The notes beneath the pieces are model-generated. The model ran no database searches. It saw only the letters and a program-made list of their open reading frames with translations, and was not told the origin of the DNA. Positions 24,084 to 37,254 of a stretch of DNA of 64,000 bases are shown here, in pieces (positions within the stretch are counted from its first letter, which is position 1; every line of letters begins with the position of its first letter). The position numbers and the translations under genes were made by a program. This DNA is from Octopus sinensis (Eukaryota), in NCBI RefSeq assembly GCF_006345805.1, contig NC_042999.1, positions 86,428,001 through 86,492,000 on the forward strand. The letters run 5' to 3'.

Positions 24084-25001
24084 TCAAGTCTTGGGTCTGT
24101 GGTTTACGTGTGGGTTTTTTGTGTGTGAATGTTTAGGTTAGGGGGATTGCTATATAAGTTTGTTATAGGGTTTAGCAAAGGGAGATTTTATCGTTATATG
24201 CTTTTATGAGTTTTGGTTTATCATGGTTTTTTTAGGTAATTCGTGGTATTTTGTCTATTTTAGGTGTTGGTTATTTTTTACATTGTTTCATTCATAATTT
24301 TCGAGTGGTGTTCGTTTTGCCACGTGAATAACCGGGTTGGACTAGCGTTGCTTGGAATGTGAATGGAATAGTGTAGTAGGAGGTAGGCATGAGATGGGGA
24401 TTGGGGTTACTGCAAGTTGTTTGTTGGAGAGATGCTAAGGTGAGTTAAAGCTCATAAATGTATATAATGTTTTTTGTGGGTGTAAGTATTTTGTATATTC
24501 GAGTTTAGTGAGTATTAGTAGCGTAATATGTGGGGAGTATATGTATCTTTTGTGTGTGAGTGTTTTGCGTGTGAGTGTGTGTTTTTGTGTGTGAATGTGT
24601 ATATGGGTTGTGTATTTAGGTTTTGGGATGTATGTGTTATTTGTCTGTGTGGGGAGGATGGGGTTTTGGTGTATATTGAGGTTTATAAGTTAGTATAGGT
24701 ATGTGTATAAGTCGTGAGTCGTGGTTTACGTGTGTGTATTTGTGTGTGAATGTTTAGTTAGGGGGTTTTACTTTATAGTTTGGTTATAGAGTTTAGCAAA
24801 GGGAGATTTTATCGTTATATGTTTTTAGATTTTGTTTTATCATGGTTTTTTTAGGGATTCGTGGTAATTAGTCTATATTTTCGATATGGATTATATATAG
24901 GTTATATATGGATTATATACTTATATTTTTTTCATTTATACTTTAATTATTTAAAAGTATTATTTTTATATTTGAAAATTTTGATTTTTTAGATTGGAAG
25001 T

Positions 25002-25042
25002 CCAACCTGAAGATTGTCGATCAGACGAAACGATTGTAGTGG
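25002..25042 (+). ncRNA. Minimal hammerhead in the inverted pLTR copy (small indels relative to the 19718 copy)
   Basis: CCAAC-CTGAAGA-TTGTC-GATCA-GAC-GAAAC-GATT-GTA-GTGG. Confidence 0.65.
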
Positions 25043-25214
25043 CGGTTTTTTGACTATTTATTAAATTTTATGTATTGATTAAGTCTTTCCTTGTTTGTTT
25101 TGCAAAATAGTGGTTTTTGTCTCAATAATATTTTATAATATTTTACTATAAAATTGGATTTAATCCTAAATCTGATTTTTTTTCCCTGTAAATTTGGATA
25201 TATTCCCGAATATT

Positions 25215-25590
25215 TATTATATATATATATATATTATATATATCATAAAATATATATATATATATATATATATTATATAAATATATATATATATAATAGA
25301 TAATATATATATATATCTATATATAATATTATATATATATAAAATATATATAAATATAATATATATATATATAGATATATATATATAAATATATATTATA
25401 ATAATATATATAAATATATATAATATATATTATATATATATATATAAATATATATAATATATATATATATATATATAAATATATATAAATATATATAAAG
25501 AATATATTAAATATATATAATATATATATATAATTATATAATATATATAATATAGATATATATAATTAAATTATATATATAATATAATAA

Positions 25591-25622
<32 letters not shown>

Positions 25623-25856
25623 TATATCTATATAATTATATATATATATATATAAATAAAATATATATATATAATATATATATACAATATATATTATATA
25701 TAAATATATATATAATATATTATATATATATATAATATAATATATATATAAATATATATATCTATATATAAATATATATATATTATATAAATATATATTT
25801 ATAATATATATATATAATATATATATATATATAATATATATATATATTATATAAAT

Positions 25857-25926
<70 letters not shown>

Positions 25927-26076
25927 ATATATACATATAATATAAATCTATATATTTATATATATATTTTTAGTAGAAGAAATAGCTATAACCCTTTGAC
26001 TGCTATTTCTAAATTCGGTATGTGGTAGGCAACTCGTTGCTAAACCCTTATTGCTTAGTATAAAATATATATATAA

Positions 26077-26115
<39 letters not shown>

Positions 26116-26573
26116 CATATATATACTAATATATATATATATATATAGATATTATAAATATATATATTATATATATAAATATCATATACGTATATATATA
26201 ATATATATATATAATATAAATATCATATATAGATATATATATATATATTATATAATAGAATATATATTATATACATAATGATATATATATATATGATATA
26301 TATATATATTATATATATATAGATCTATAAATATATACATATAGTAAATATATATATATAATAACTATATATATTATATATATATAGTTTTTTTAGTAGA
26401 AGAAATAGCTATAACCTTTGACTGCTATTTCTAAATTCGGTATTGGTAGGGGCAACTCGTTTCTAAACCCTTATTGCTTAGTATAAATATATATATATAT
26501 ATATATAAAATATATATATAAATATATATATAATATAAATATATATATATATATAAATCTATATATAAATATC

Positions 26574-26611
<38 letters not shown>

Positions 26612-26928
26612 ATAATATAAATATATATAATATATATATATAATATATATATAAATATATAATATATATAAATATATATATATATATAAATATATTATAT
26701 ATAAATATAATATCTATATATAGAATATATACATATATATAAATATTATATATAAAATTACTATTATATATATATAAATATATATATATATAAATATATA
26801 TATTATATATATATATATAAATATATATAAATATATTATATATATTATATAATATATATATATATAGAATATATATAAATATATATCTATATATATAAAA
26901 TATATATATATATATAAATATATATATA

Positions 26929-26964
<36 letters not shown>

Positions 26965-26982
26965 CTATAAATATATATATAT

Positions 26983-27015
<33 letters not shown>

Positions 27016-27055
27016 ACAATTATATATAAATATATATATATATATATACATAACA
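25215..27055. repeat. Long degenerate (TA)n tract containing two copies of a ~95-bp unit
   Basis: Nearly pure AT; unit at 25967-26064 and 26388-26487. Confidence 0.95.
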
Positions 27056-27056
27056 A

Positions 27057-27344
27057 TACATGTAAAGAATCCATGTGGGATATATATATAGAAAAAAGTG
27101 TGAGAAAAAGAGAACTGGTAAGAATTTTTTCGTACTAAAATTAAGAACGGTTAAGAATTCCAATTAAAAGATGTATTATATACCATTTGTATATTTTTTA
27201 AAAAGCATTGAATTTTATGGTTCTTTTATAATTGGAACTCTTAACTGCTCTTAATTTTAGTACGAAAAAAGTTTTTTTTTACCAGTTCTCTTTTTCTCAC
27301 ACTTTTTCCCATATATATCCCACATGGATTCTATTTACATGTAT
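27057..27344. mobile_element. Foldback/MITE-like element with ~110-bp inverted arms
   Basis: ATACATGTAAAGAATCCATGTGGGATAT...GAATTCCAATTA and TAATTGGAACTC...ATATCCCACATGGATTCTATTTACATGTAT, ~62-bp spacer. Confidence 0.8.
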
Positions 27345-27349
27345 TTTTA

Positions 27350-27380
<31 letters not shown>

Positions 27381-29529
27381 TAAAATATTCATACGTGTCG
27401 ATATGTATGATCATATACATATATATATATACGTATTTTAAGTTGAATTTATAACCGTATGAGTATGTAAAAAAGTTGATTGACTAATTTGAGTTTATAT
27501 TTTAATTCTTATCTTTTGTCTCGGTTTCGACCCAAGCACTTCTTAATCAGTTCTATATATTTCGTAAGAAAAAATAATATTATATGTGTGTGTGTATGCA
27601 TGCATTTTGTTATCTACATTGCAACGATGGAGCTTTGTATCTTTATTAGAAACCAGTTCCGTCCTCAGAGTAAAAATTTAACTAATTAAAAACAGAAGAG
27701 AACATATATGTATATCACTGTATCACCCAAACTATCGAATGTTCCAAGGACCCACTGAACGTTCCTACATTTTGAAATAGATGAAAAATTAAAGAACACT
27801 GCATGAAAGGAAGGTGTGAATTTTGAGAAAATAGTAATCCAGATATAATAGATTCCTTGAGTGTGAAGGATTAAAATTAACCTGTCCGATTGTTAACGAG
27901 TAATATGATTGTTGGAGAATAGTTAAGCAGTCTCAGTTGGATATTACTTTTGTTTGTGAAACAATGATATTTGCTCATCTTTTTAAACCTCTAATAGTCT
28001 TATTCAAGGTGGGGAAATAATTTTAAAATACTTACATACACTAAAATGATAATTTTTTTAAAAGTTTTTTTTCACTCAAACATCTCATTTGAATGAATCT
28101 AGAAAAAAAAATCACTGATAAAAAAGATTATGGCGGAGTTTCTTGGTGGCGTCGGCTGAAATATTCATCTTAGTCACCAGCATTAGAAAATACTGAATAT
28201 GCATGTCATGTTACGATACTATCTAAAATGTTTCCAATCTGTACATCTCATGTATTGTCAATAAATGACTGACAAAATGTTTTTGTTTCATTGTCTTACT
28301 CTACTTAAGAAACGGAATCAAAGTGTACAAGTCTATACTGTAAGTAAATAACGGGTTTAGAATATGCCTTGCTTTGTTACTTTAATTGTTTATAATATTT
28401 AAATAAAACGATACTATTTTCCTGTGACTTCTTTTCCGAGCAGCATTCGAACAACCCTTCAAAATTACAGCATTAAAATACTAAAGACAAATTTACGAAA
28501 CTTGAACGATACTCATTAGATATCTCGTATTTGTCCATTATGGTATCAAACAATATGCCAATCGTTAAAATAATCTCATACGCAGTACTTTTAAGCACTA
28601 ACAAATGTTTAAGACAATACAATTGAACAGAACTATACAAATCATTCGTGATTTATGCAAAATTCTTCTGTGATGGAATTAAAGTCTATAAAAATTATGA
28701 AAATGAACAGCAGATATTCTTCTAAAATATATTCTGGCCATATCAAATTGTTCAACTTTTGACAAAAGTATGCCCAGCACATAAAACACGACGACCTTTA
28801 AACGTCTCACATAAACTATGCTTTCTTCTTAAAGATTTATTAACAACTTATGGCGACAATTATCAACTAGCATCTATTCATATAACTGAAATCCCACCCC
28901 TTCCTAGGGAAAACAAATAAGGATATATCAAAAGAAGTTCAGCCGTTGACCTTTTCTCTATCAAATGCAGATGACTCTTGAAAATTTTGGAGAAAGGTCA
29001 ACATCTGATCTTGCCTTTTTTTATAGACTTTGGCGCAGTAGTTACACTTTGTCTTAAGAAGTCAACCATAACTGAGCACTTAGAATTGCCATCTTCTTTC
29101 CGGTCATGCTTTCTTAGCATGCTCCAAATGAAGAAATATTAAATACTCATCCCCATCCCGTTAATACAAACGCTGACCAGCCTGTTCATAAATATTATTT
29201 ATTCATGGTTTAAAATAGCTCAACAGAACCTCTAACATTTGTTTCCATATTATTACATTACTGTAACGATTGGTTAATTAACAACTAAGTCAATATCTTA
29301 TGTATGTTACATTAATTCTTTAAAATAAACTCAGAAAACAATCAATGGCTATAATGGATGCTTGGAGCTATAAAAGCTACAATGAAGTCACTTTAACACT
29401 TATATATATATATTAAAATATATTTATAAAAGAACATTAATGCTCATGAGAGATATTAATGTTATATATATATATATATATATCTTCAGCATCATCAACA
29501 CTGTATGTAGCGTTTATCTTTAATTCTAC

Positions 29530-29880
29530 TTATTTCAGCCATTAAACTGCGGTCAGGCTGGGGCATCGCCTTGAAGAAACTTTAGTCAAATGACTCGACC
29601 TAGTACATTTTTAAAGCCTGGTACTCGGTCTCTTTTGCCAAACCGCTAAGCTACGAGGACGTAAATAAACGAACACCAGCTGTCAAGCGGTGCAGAGGAA
29701 CAAACACAGACACGAAAACACACTTACACACACACGTGTGTGTGTGTTTTCATCTACCAAATCCATTTACAAGGCTCGAGGCTGTAGTAGAAGACACTTG
29801 ACCAAGTTGCCACGCAGTGGGACTGAACCTGAAGCCATGTGGTTTGGAAGCAAAGTTCTTACCACAGAGCCACGCCTCCG
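29530..29880 (-). mobile_element. SINE family B copy (diverged)
   Basis: Reverse-complement head (GCCACGCAGTGGGACTGAACC) and tail. Confidence 0.75.
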
Positions 29881-30354
29881 AGTGTTTATTATAAACATAC
29901 TTTCTTTATACAGCACATTCGACATTTGATTTGTGTTTAGAGCTAAGAGTGATTTATCCTCAAGTTAAATTGTATCATACGCACTGGATTTGCTTTACAA
30001 GACGGTTAATAAATGTATATATGGCAAACGAATATGTTCTTTTTGAAAGTGATTAAGTGTATCAGCCTTATTAGGTGGTTAGTTTTTAAACAGTCTCTGA
30101 TGAAGACAGAAAATTCGCCATTCTTCCACCTGTCTGAATAGTTACTCTAATTTCTTATGGAGGTAAGCAATTTTTGTCAGTCAGAAACTGAAAAGTTTTG
30201 TCGTTCATGTCTTTTCTAAACGTCTTTAACGATAAAGGTAAGGTAAAAGGAATGACTTTAACAAGTTACTGAAGTCTGTTCTCGGACACGGTCTGTTTGG
30301 GAAATTACCATTGTTCAACGTAGCTCATCTCAGAAAACAGCAAATATTGGTTTC

Positions 30355-30542
30355 AAATTTTGGCACAAAATCAGCAATTTCGTGGAAGGGATATGCCGAT
30401 TACTGGTTCTTATTTTATCGATCCCAAAAGTTTAGAGGCAAAGTCGACCCTAGTGGCATTTGAACTCAGAACGTAAAGACGGACGAAATGCCGCTAAGCG
30501 TTTTTGTCCCGTGTGCTAACAATTATGCCAGCTCACTGCCTT
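30355..30542 (-). mobile_element. SINE family A copy
   Basis: GGCAAAGTCGACCC...TTTGAACTCAGAACGTAAAGACGGACGAAATGCCGCTAAG. Confidence 0.8.
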
Positions 30543-32929
30543 GAACACAACAAATATTAACAAAAGAAAATGGGTAGGGTGCTTTACTGTTGCTAGTACG
30601 GTGCTTCACAGTTCTGAGGTGAAAATATACAGGTGTCGATACCGAGCTTAAATTCTATCAGAGTTAATTTTAACTTTCTATTTTTTAAACCCGTTAAATT
30701 AATTATAAATGATGGTTCCTGTGCTGTTAGCTCTATCCAATTTCGTCTGGTTGAGCTCGATTATCGAACCAAATGAGTTTTGTGTTCATTAGGGGAAAGT
30801 TATGAAAGAAAAAAAAAACCACGACTGGAGCTGAATTCTAAGTTCGTGGTGAAAATGAGAGATGGGATTCGAGCCAGCAATCTAACCTCCAAAATGTGAC
30901 AAAACGAAATTGCTCCAGAAATTCAGCTTAACTGGCATAAACATAACAGCTCATCCCGAAAGGAGATAATAGAACTGATAAAAGCCGAAAGGAAGTTCAG
31001 CTCCAGTTGTAATTGTTTAAATAACAAGTTCACCCTAGCTCTCAACAAAGTTATTTTTAATGACTGATTTCGGAATGTATACCAGAGACTACACCCGTTT
31101 AACAAATTGATATAAGCATTCAGCATGTATGAGAGATAGTAACTAGACATTTAAAGCGTAAGCGAAACGAAATAGATGGGTGACGATAAAAATGTATAAC
31201 GACTAAAATACCAAGCTGTTCAGGAGGATATGGAAAACAATACATGAGAGATGGTGATAAAGTTTTTAACAAAGAAACTAAGGCTCAGTAGACAATAGAG
31301 TTTAAAGGAACTAAAGCCGAATGCTGAAGGACAAAGTGAACGACATTAATGCCAATACTGACAAAAGCTGGGGCTTTTTGTTGTTGTTTTTGTTAAACAG
31401 GTTACAGATATTAAATGACAGTTCATACAGACGACGGTGACTGATAACAATCGAATGAAGATGAAGTCAAAGAGAACGCAAGAGAAAATAAAGAAAAATG
31501 GCTGCTGTAATTGACGGGCGTATCTTTGGCTGGTAGTAATACTTCAGTTTAAACGTTCCTTATGCAGAAAGAATTGGAGCAGAACTCAACTCCATAAAAT
31601 TTAATGCGAGCCAATAAGGGAGCTTCTACATGATAGCTCCATTTGCTAGAAATAGAGGCTAAATCTGCTCACATATTTTACTGCATTAGACAATCCTTGA
31701 CATACGAGGCATGACCACGGCTGAGACACTTTGATCATAGATTACAGAACTACTGAATCGGAACTCAATGTATGTGTGTATGTGTGTGTGCGTGTATACA
31801 ATAAAGTAGGTGCTGACATAGTTGATGAAATAAGTCAGGAAATTTTGACTAATTATACCCATAGTGATGATGTGGAAAAATAATTATTTTCATGTTTAAA
31901 TCTGGGTTGACAACCGCGGAATTTTAACTAAAAATTAAAGTGCAATGCGGAGTGAATCTGACCTTTGGCATTGTGGTAACAACCTCAGACATATTTCGCA
32001 CCTATTAAACCTTATCAGCAGAAAACAGTCTAAACGTTATTGGAGGATCTATAGAATGACTACGCAAATGAAAGTATTCTAATCAGATGAAAAAATATTA
32101 ATATTACACAACATTTTTATTCACTAAACTTGTATATCTTCTCTATTCATTCTAAAGTCTAGCGGAACTTTGGACTTTGTCGAAGTGTATTTACACGCTG
32201 AAACACATCCGGAGTTTGCACCTCCGAGATGGCAAAGTGCATATAAGTGTTCACTGCATTCTATTTTTAATTAATTAGATAGAAAGAATGAACAAGCAAA
32301 ACAAGTGATATCACTTTAGATTATGTAATTTAAAATTCAAACATAATCGTTGAGCAGTTAGAGTAAAGAAGGGATTACGAAGTTATGCACAAAGTCTCTT
32401 ATAGTTGTTTCTAGAATAGCTGTGTATATGACGCATATTTCAATGAGCAAAAATTTCCATATAAAAGCCAACACCACCATCTTCAGAGAGGAAGGATTAA
32501 AGAATATCGTTAGTAAAGCATATTACTAGTTACCCGTTCCATCGTCGAAGAGAGAGTTGCTAGGCAGCTACAAGGCCTCTTTTGTTTTGTTTTAGTGGTA
32601 CATGTATACATGCATACATACACACAAGCATGCATACATGAATCCGTCCAGCCATAATAATATTAATCCTAGGATGAAATTTATATTTTAATGCTCGCTA
32701 CACGCGTTTCCACAAATTACACGTCTCTTAAGATCACAGTCCATATTCCTGAGATGATTACAGTGTAGTCCGTAGTATCCGTGGGCATTGGGTAGATCAT
32801 CTTCATGGATTCCTTTCTTCTGGCGATATGACATTAATGGATGTTTAACATACATACATACATATCAGACTGAGAAAAATATGGCAGTCAGAAATCTCTT
32901 ACAAGGCAATATCCCACACTACATTTTCA

Positions 32930-33760
32930 GTACCAGTGCTGATTCCAAAAATCAGGATACTTGACTCGTCTGTAGAGGAAATCCACTCCTTAGACATTAA
33001 AACCCACAAGATCCTGATCTCAACTGGAAACCTCCACAGAAACAATGATATCGATAGGCTCAACCTAAGAAGGGATGAAGGAAGTTGGGGCTTGAATTCA
33101 GTGCAGCAGCAAAATTAAATACATAAACTTAGACCTCTCATACAACGCCAAAATACCTCAACGAGGACCTGAATATGAAACTCTCAAAACACACACACAA
33201 AACATTATGCGAGGGTCTGTTTCCCGAAGACTTGAAGAAGACAGTGATATTGACATAAAGTGCAGCCCCCTTGGACTCGTAACTGCTACATTACATTACA
33301 TTACGAAGGCTATACTATATGCTGCGAAATGCCTGATAAACATAAGAGACAGTGAAGCCCTTGGAGCTCGAAGCTGCAACCGAAAATATAGATTATGTCA
33401 TATTTCTGTGGAGGACATCGCACATATGATTAGCATCTGCGCAAAAATGTCATCACGATACTACCTCTCTATGCGATACGACGCTGTCGTAAAAACAAAA
33501 TACAATGCCATTTGGAAAAAAGACTATTCTGCAATAAATATAGAGAATCCCTCTTTTATTGAAGACATACACAAACATCAACACAAGGAATACTGGTGGA
33601 ACATTCCCATTAAAACATCTGTCAAATGTAAATATAACAGGCCGGAATTGTTGTTTGGGACAGACAAAAAATGTATGGACCATCATAGAAGTTAGCTCGC
33701 TGCTGAATTCTTCGAAAATCAAATAGGAAGAGGATAATAACATACAGCTACATACAACTG
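32930..33760 (+). mobile_element. R4/Dong-type (RLE) non-LTR retrotransposon relic
   Basis: GNLHRNNDIDRLNLRRDEG (DxDRLY..R..GGRG-like), CRLC....EDIAHMISIC zinc knuckle, EYWWNIPIKTSVKCKYNRPE (RPD-like nuclease start). Confidence 0.75.
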
Positions 33761-33852
33761 CTTGGAAACCTTCAGCTTTTATATGCTGATTATAAATTCA
33801 TATATTATAAATTATCAATTCATATTTTTATCAGTAATATTTGGTGCACTTA

Positions 33853-34480
33853 GGGTGGCGAGCTGGCAGAATCGTTAGTACGCCAGGCGAAATGCGTAGT
33901 CGTATTTCGACTGCCGTTACGTTCTGAGTTCAAATTCCGCCGAGGTCGACTTTGCCTTTCATACTTTCGGGGTCGATAAATTAAGTACCAGTTACGCACT
34001 GGGATCGATGTAATCGACTTGATCTGTTTGTCTGTCCTTGTTTGTCCCCTCTGTGTTTAGCCCTTTGTGGGTAGTAAAGAAGTAGAAATAGGTATTTCGT
34101 CTGTCTTTACGTTCTGAGTTCAAATTCCACCGAGGTCGACTTTGCCTTTCATCCTTTCGGGGATGATACTCGCTGACGATACATCGAAGAGGCCAGGGAA
34201 CAGAAGAATGAAGAAGAAAGAAGACATGCACCCAACACCAGAGCTGAAGACACCTCCGAAAGGGGGTGGCACATCAAAACGGTAGAGGAGTAGGAGCCGA
34301 AACCGGATGTGGTTCCTCCTGATGATGTCTTGAGCTAACTGGATCCTATAAAAGAGCTGTTGTGGTAGCAGACCACGAAACACGGTTGTAATTCCTCAGT
34401 ACCAGTTACACACTGAGGTCGATGTAATCGACTTAATCCCTTTGTCCCTTCTATGTTTAGCCCCTGTGGGCAATAAAGAA
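33853..34480 (+). mobile_element. SINE family A cluster with an unrelated 228-bp insertion
   Basis: Full copy from 33853, second copy from about 34085 broken at about 34170 and resuming at 34398 (AGTACCAG). Confidence 0.85.
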
Positions 34481-34788
34481 ATAAATATTTGGTACACTTG
34501 GTTTTGTAAGTAAATGCCTAAGTGACAATCTGGATAAGTTACGGTTCTCAGAATGAGAAACCAGCCGGTTAATTTGCACATTACAAATAAAATCTGTAAA
34601 TGGAACAGTAAAAATATGCAAAACTTTTTTGTGAAAATATGTCTTTTCAAATCTAAAATGGGAATTTGTTTTTGTTATCTAAATTCCAAGGATGGAGGTT
34701 TGTATCTTTATTAAAAACCAGCTTCTTCCTCAGAGGAAGATTTCAAATAATAAAAAAAAGAATAGACCATACATGTATATTTTTTATA

Positions 34789-36040
34789 TTGGGTTGAGGA
34801 ATAATTAATGAGCATTTTTATCAAAAGTTAAAAATACACGCAGAAATATAACGCATTGGCAAAATGTTTTGTGTCATTTAAAAGAAAATTTTTGGTCTAC
34901 AAGATAGTGTGTTTTGACTTTGTAATTTTATTGATTTTTGTGTATTTTCAGATCAAGTGGACAAAACTGAGCATTTTCGACACCATTTGCTTTTTGCATT
35001 TAGTCGAGGTGTTAAAGCCACCGAAGCTGCCCGTGAGATTTGTACTGTTTATAGAGAAGGAGCAATGCCTCAAAGTACCGCCCGCCGTTGGTTTTCGCAC
35101 GTCAAAAATGGGATTTTTGACCTCAAGGAAGGATCACACACCAGTCGACGAATTGAGTTCGGTGAAGAACGATTGAATCAACTTCTTCACGAAAATCCAC
35201 ATCAAACGACCAGAGAATTGGCAGAGCAGATGGATTGAGATAAAAAAAAAAAAACTGTGATGAACCACCTTCACTCAATGGGCAAGGTTCAGAAACTCGG
35301 CGCTTGAGTAAAAATAACAAAAGTCAACGCTCCACAATCGCCGTCAGTTTGCTCGCTCGACATCGCACAACACATGGTCACAAAGAGCGTTTTCTTTACT
35401 GCATTGTCACTGGCGATGAAAGATTGTGCCTTTACGTCAATATGAAGCAGCGAAAAGAATGGCTCAGTCGTGATAAACAAGTGACTCCGCGAGCAAAACA
35501 AGACCTTCATCCTCGAAAGACCATGTTGTGTGTATGGTTGTATTGGGAAGGCATAATTCATTACGAACTGCTTGAGTGCAACCAAACGCTCAATGCAGAT
35601 CTTTACGTTCAACAACTGCATCAACTCAACGAAGCAATTCAGCAAAAATGACCGAAATGGCGTTCTTCTGCAACACGACAATGCCCGTCCTCACATCGCC
35701 AATATGACCAAAGGCGCGATTCGAGAACTCGAATGGGAAGTGCTGCCTCATACTCCATACTCTCCAGATATGGCGCCGTCAGACTTTCATCTCTTTCGAC
35801 TGCTTTCAAGCACTTTACGCAGTGTATCGTTCAATAATGACGTGGAATTGAGGGCTTGGTTGGACGAATTCTTTGAGTCAAGACCGGGAGATTTCTATCA
35901 CCGAGGCATCGAAAAACTTATTCAACGATGGGATGAAGTCGTAAACAGCAACGGAGAGTATATTATTGATTAATTTGTTGTAGTTGTTTTTGTTTAAAAT
36001 ATATTTGAAAAATATGCTCATAAATTATTCCTCAACCTAA
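34789..36040 (+). mobile_element. Mariner (DD34D) element, transposase disrupted
   Basis: TIRs TTGGGTTGAGGAATAATTAATGAGCAT / ATGCTCATAAATTATTCCTCAACCTAA; MDKTEHFRHHLLFAF, TGDERLCLY, HDNARPH, PYSPDMAPSDFHLF. Confidence 0.93.
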
Positions 36041-36601
36041 CAGCAGAACTCAAAGCAATTCAAAGAAGCTACACAAAGAAGATCGTCTCAATGCAAAATA
36101 TCAGCTACTGGGAAAGACTGAAAGTATTAAACCTCTTCTCCCTAGAGCGAAGGCGAGAGAGATATGCGGTGATATACATCTGGAAAATCCTGGAGGGTCT
36201 TGTCCCAAACTTTGGCATTCAAAGTTACCCCAACCGCAGAACGGGGCGCCACTGGATGGTGCCAAAGATTCCAACATCACCATCAAAATACAGGTCCAGA
36301 TACTGCAACAGCTTGGGTTTCAGAGGACCACAGCTCTTTAACATCGTCCATAAATGCCTGAGAGACTTACATGGTGTGGATGTGGGTTTCTTTAAAACTA
36401 AACTGGATCTCTTCTTGTCGGGGGTGCCAGATGAACCTACCTCACGACAGGAGACACAGATGCGGGCAGCGGCATCGAACTCCCTTGTTAATCAAGTGCC
36501 ACGTATCAGAGGTGGATTCACATACTAGTGTAGCTCATTCAGCGGTGGTGCCCCAGCGTGGCCGCGGCCTTCGGGCTAAAACATTTTTAAGGATTTAAGG
36601 A
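36041..36601 (+). mobile_element. CR1/L2-group LINE 3' fragment
   Basis: SYWERLKVLNLFSLERRRERYAVIYIWKIL...FKTKLDLFLSGVPDEP, then a short tail ending TTTAAGGATTTAAGGA. Confidence 0.8.
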
Positions 36602-37254
36602 ACCCAATAGGTTGTTAAAGCTAAAAATAGCAAAAAAAAAAAAAAACGAAAGAAAATCACAAGCCAAAAAATAAAGGAAAGTAAAAAGACATGTAGAAAT
36701 GTTAGCAAAATATTTGAAGTAATAAAGAAAAAGAAGACTATTGACTGTAGAAACATATGAATAGAACATTTTAGATAGAAAAACTGCTAAATATGTCAAA
36801 TTTATAGTTTGATCATTACAAAAAGTTATTTAGCGCTAATTCATTTTCGTAGATAGAGAGATAGCTTGCTAGATAGATAGATATAAAAGTTCTTTGGTCT
36901 GGAAGAATTTATACACGACATACGCTCTCATTTCACAATAAATGACTTTGTAAGCAGACAGTACGACTAGTGTCGTCTTAAAGCATCGGTACATTGGGCA
37001 GTTGCTCGGGGCCCCACAAATCTATGGACCCGATTTTTATCTATGTATGTTGTGGCGTGCTATCAATAAATGAATGCTGCAGGGACCGCTGGATTGATTT
37101 GCTCGGGACCTCACGGGTTCAGAGTCCCAAATGCGATCCATGTATGTTGTGACTTGCTGTCAAATAAATAAATACTATAGGGCTAGGATATTGATTCTGC
37201 CAGGGACCTATAATACTGCTAAGGCAGCTCTGAATACGAGTTGTTATATCTTTT

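Larger units (their letters stand above)
19628..25133 (-). mobile_element. 5'-truncated Penelope-like retroelement (Naiad-like) with long 3' UTR and inverted pLTR
   Basis: RT/GIY-YIG coding remnant 24083-22661 (-); 19628-20674 and 24086-25133 are inverted copies; minimal hammerheads at both outer ends; both ends run into (TA)n. Confidence 0.9.

Noticed and set aside
26559-27074. Long YI-repeat ORFs (also 38843-39338 and 61575-61973)
   Set aside because: Translations of (TA)n and (CA)n microsatellites.
28950-29110. BED zinc-finger relic (KCNYCAKVY) on the minus strand
   Set aside because: A single CxxC with stops and no His pair in frame; insufficient.
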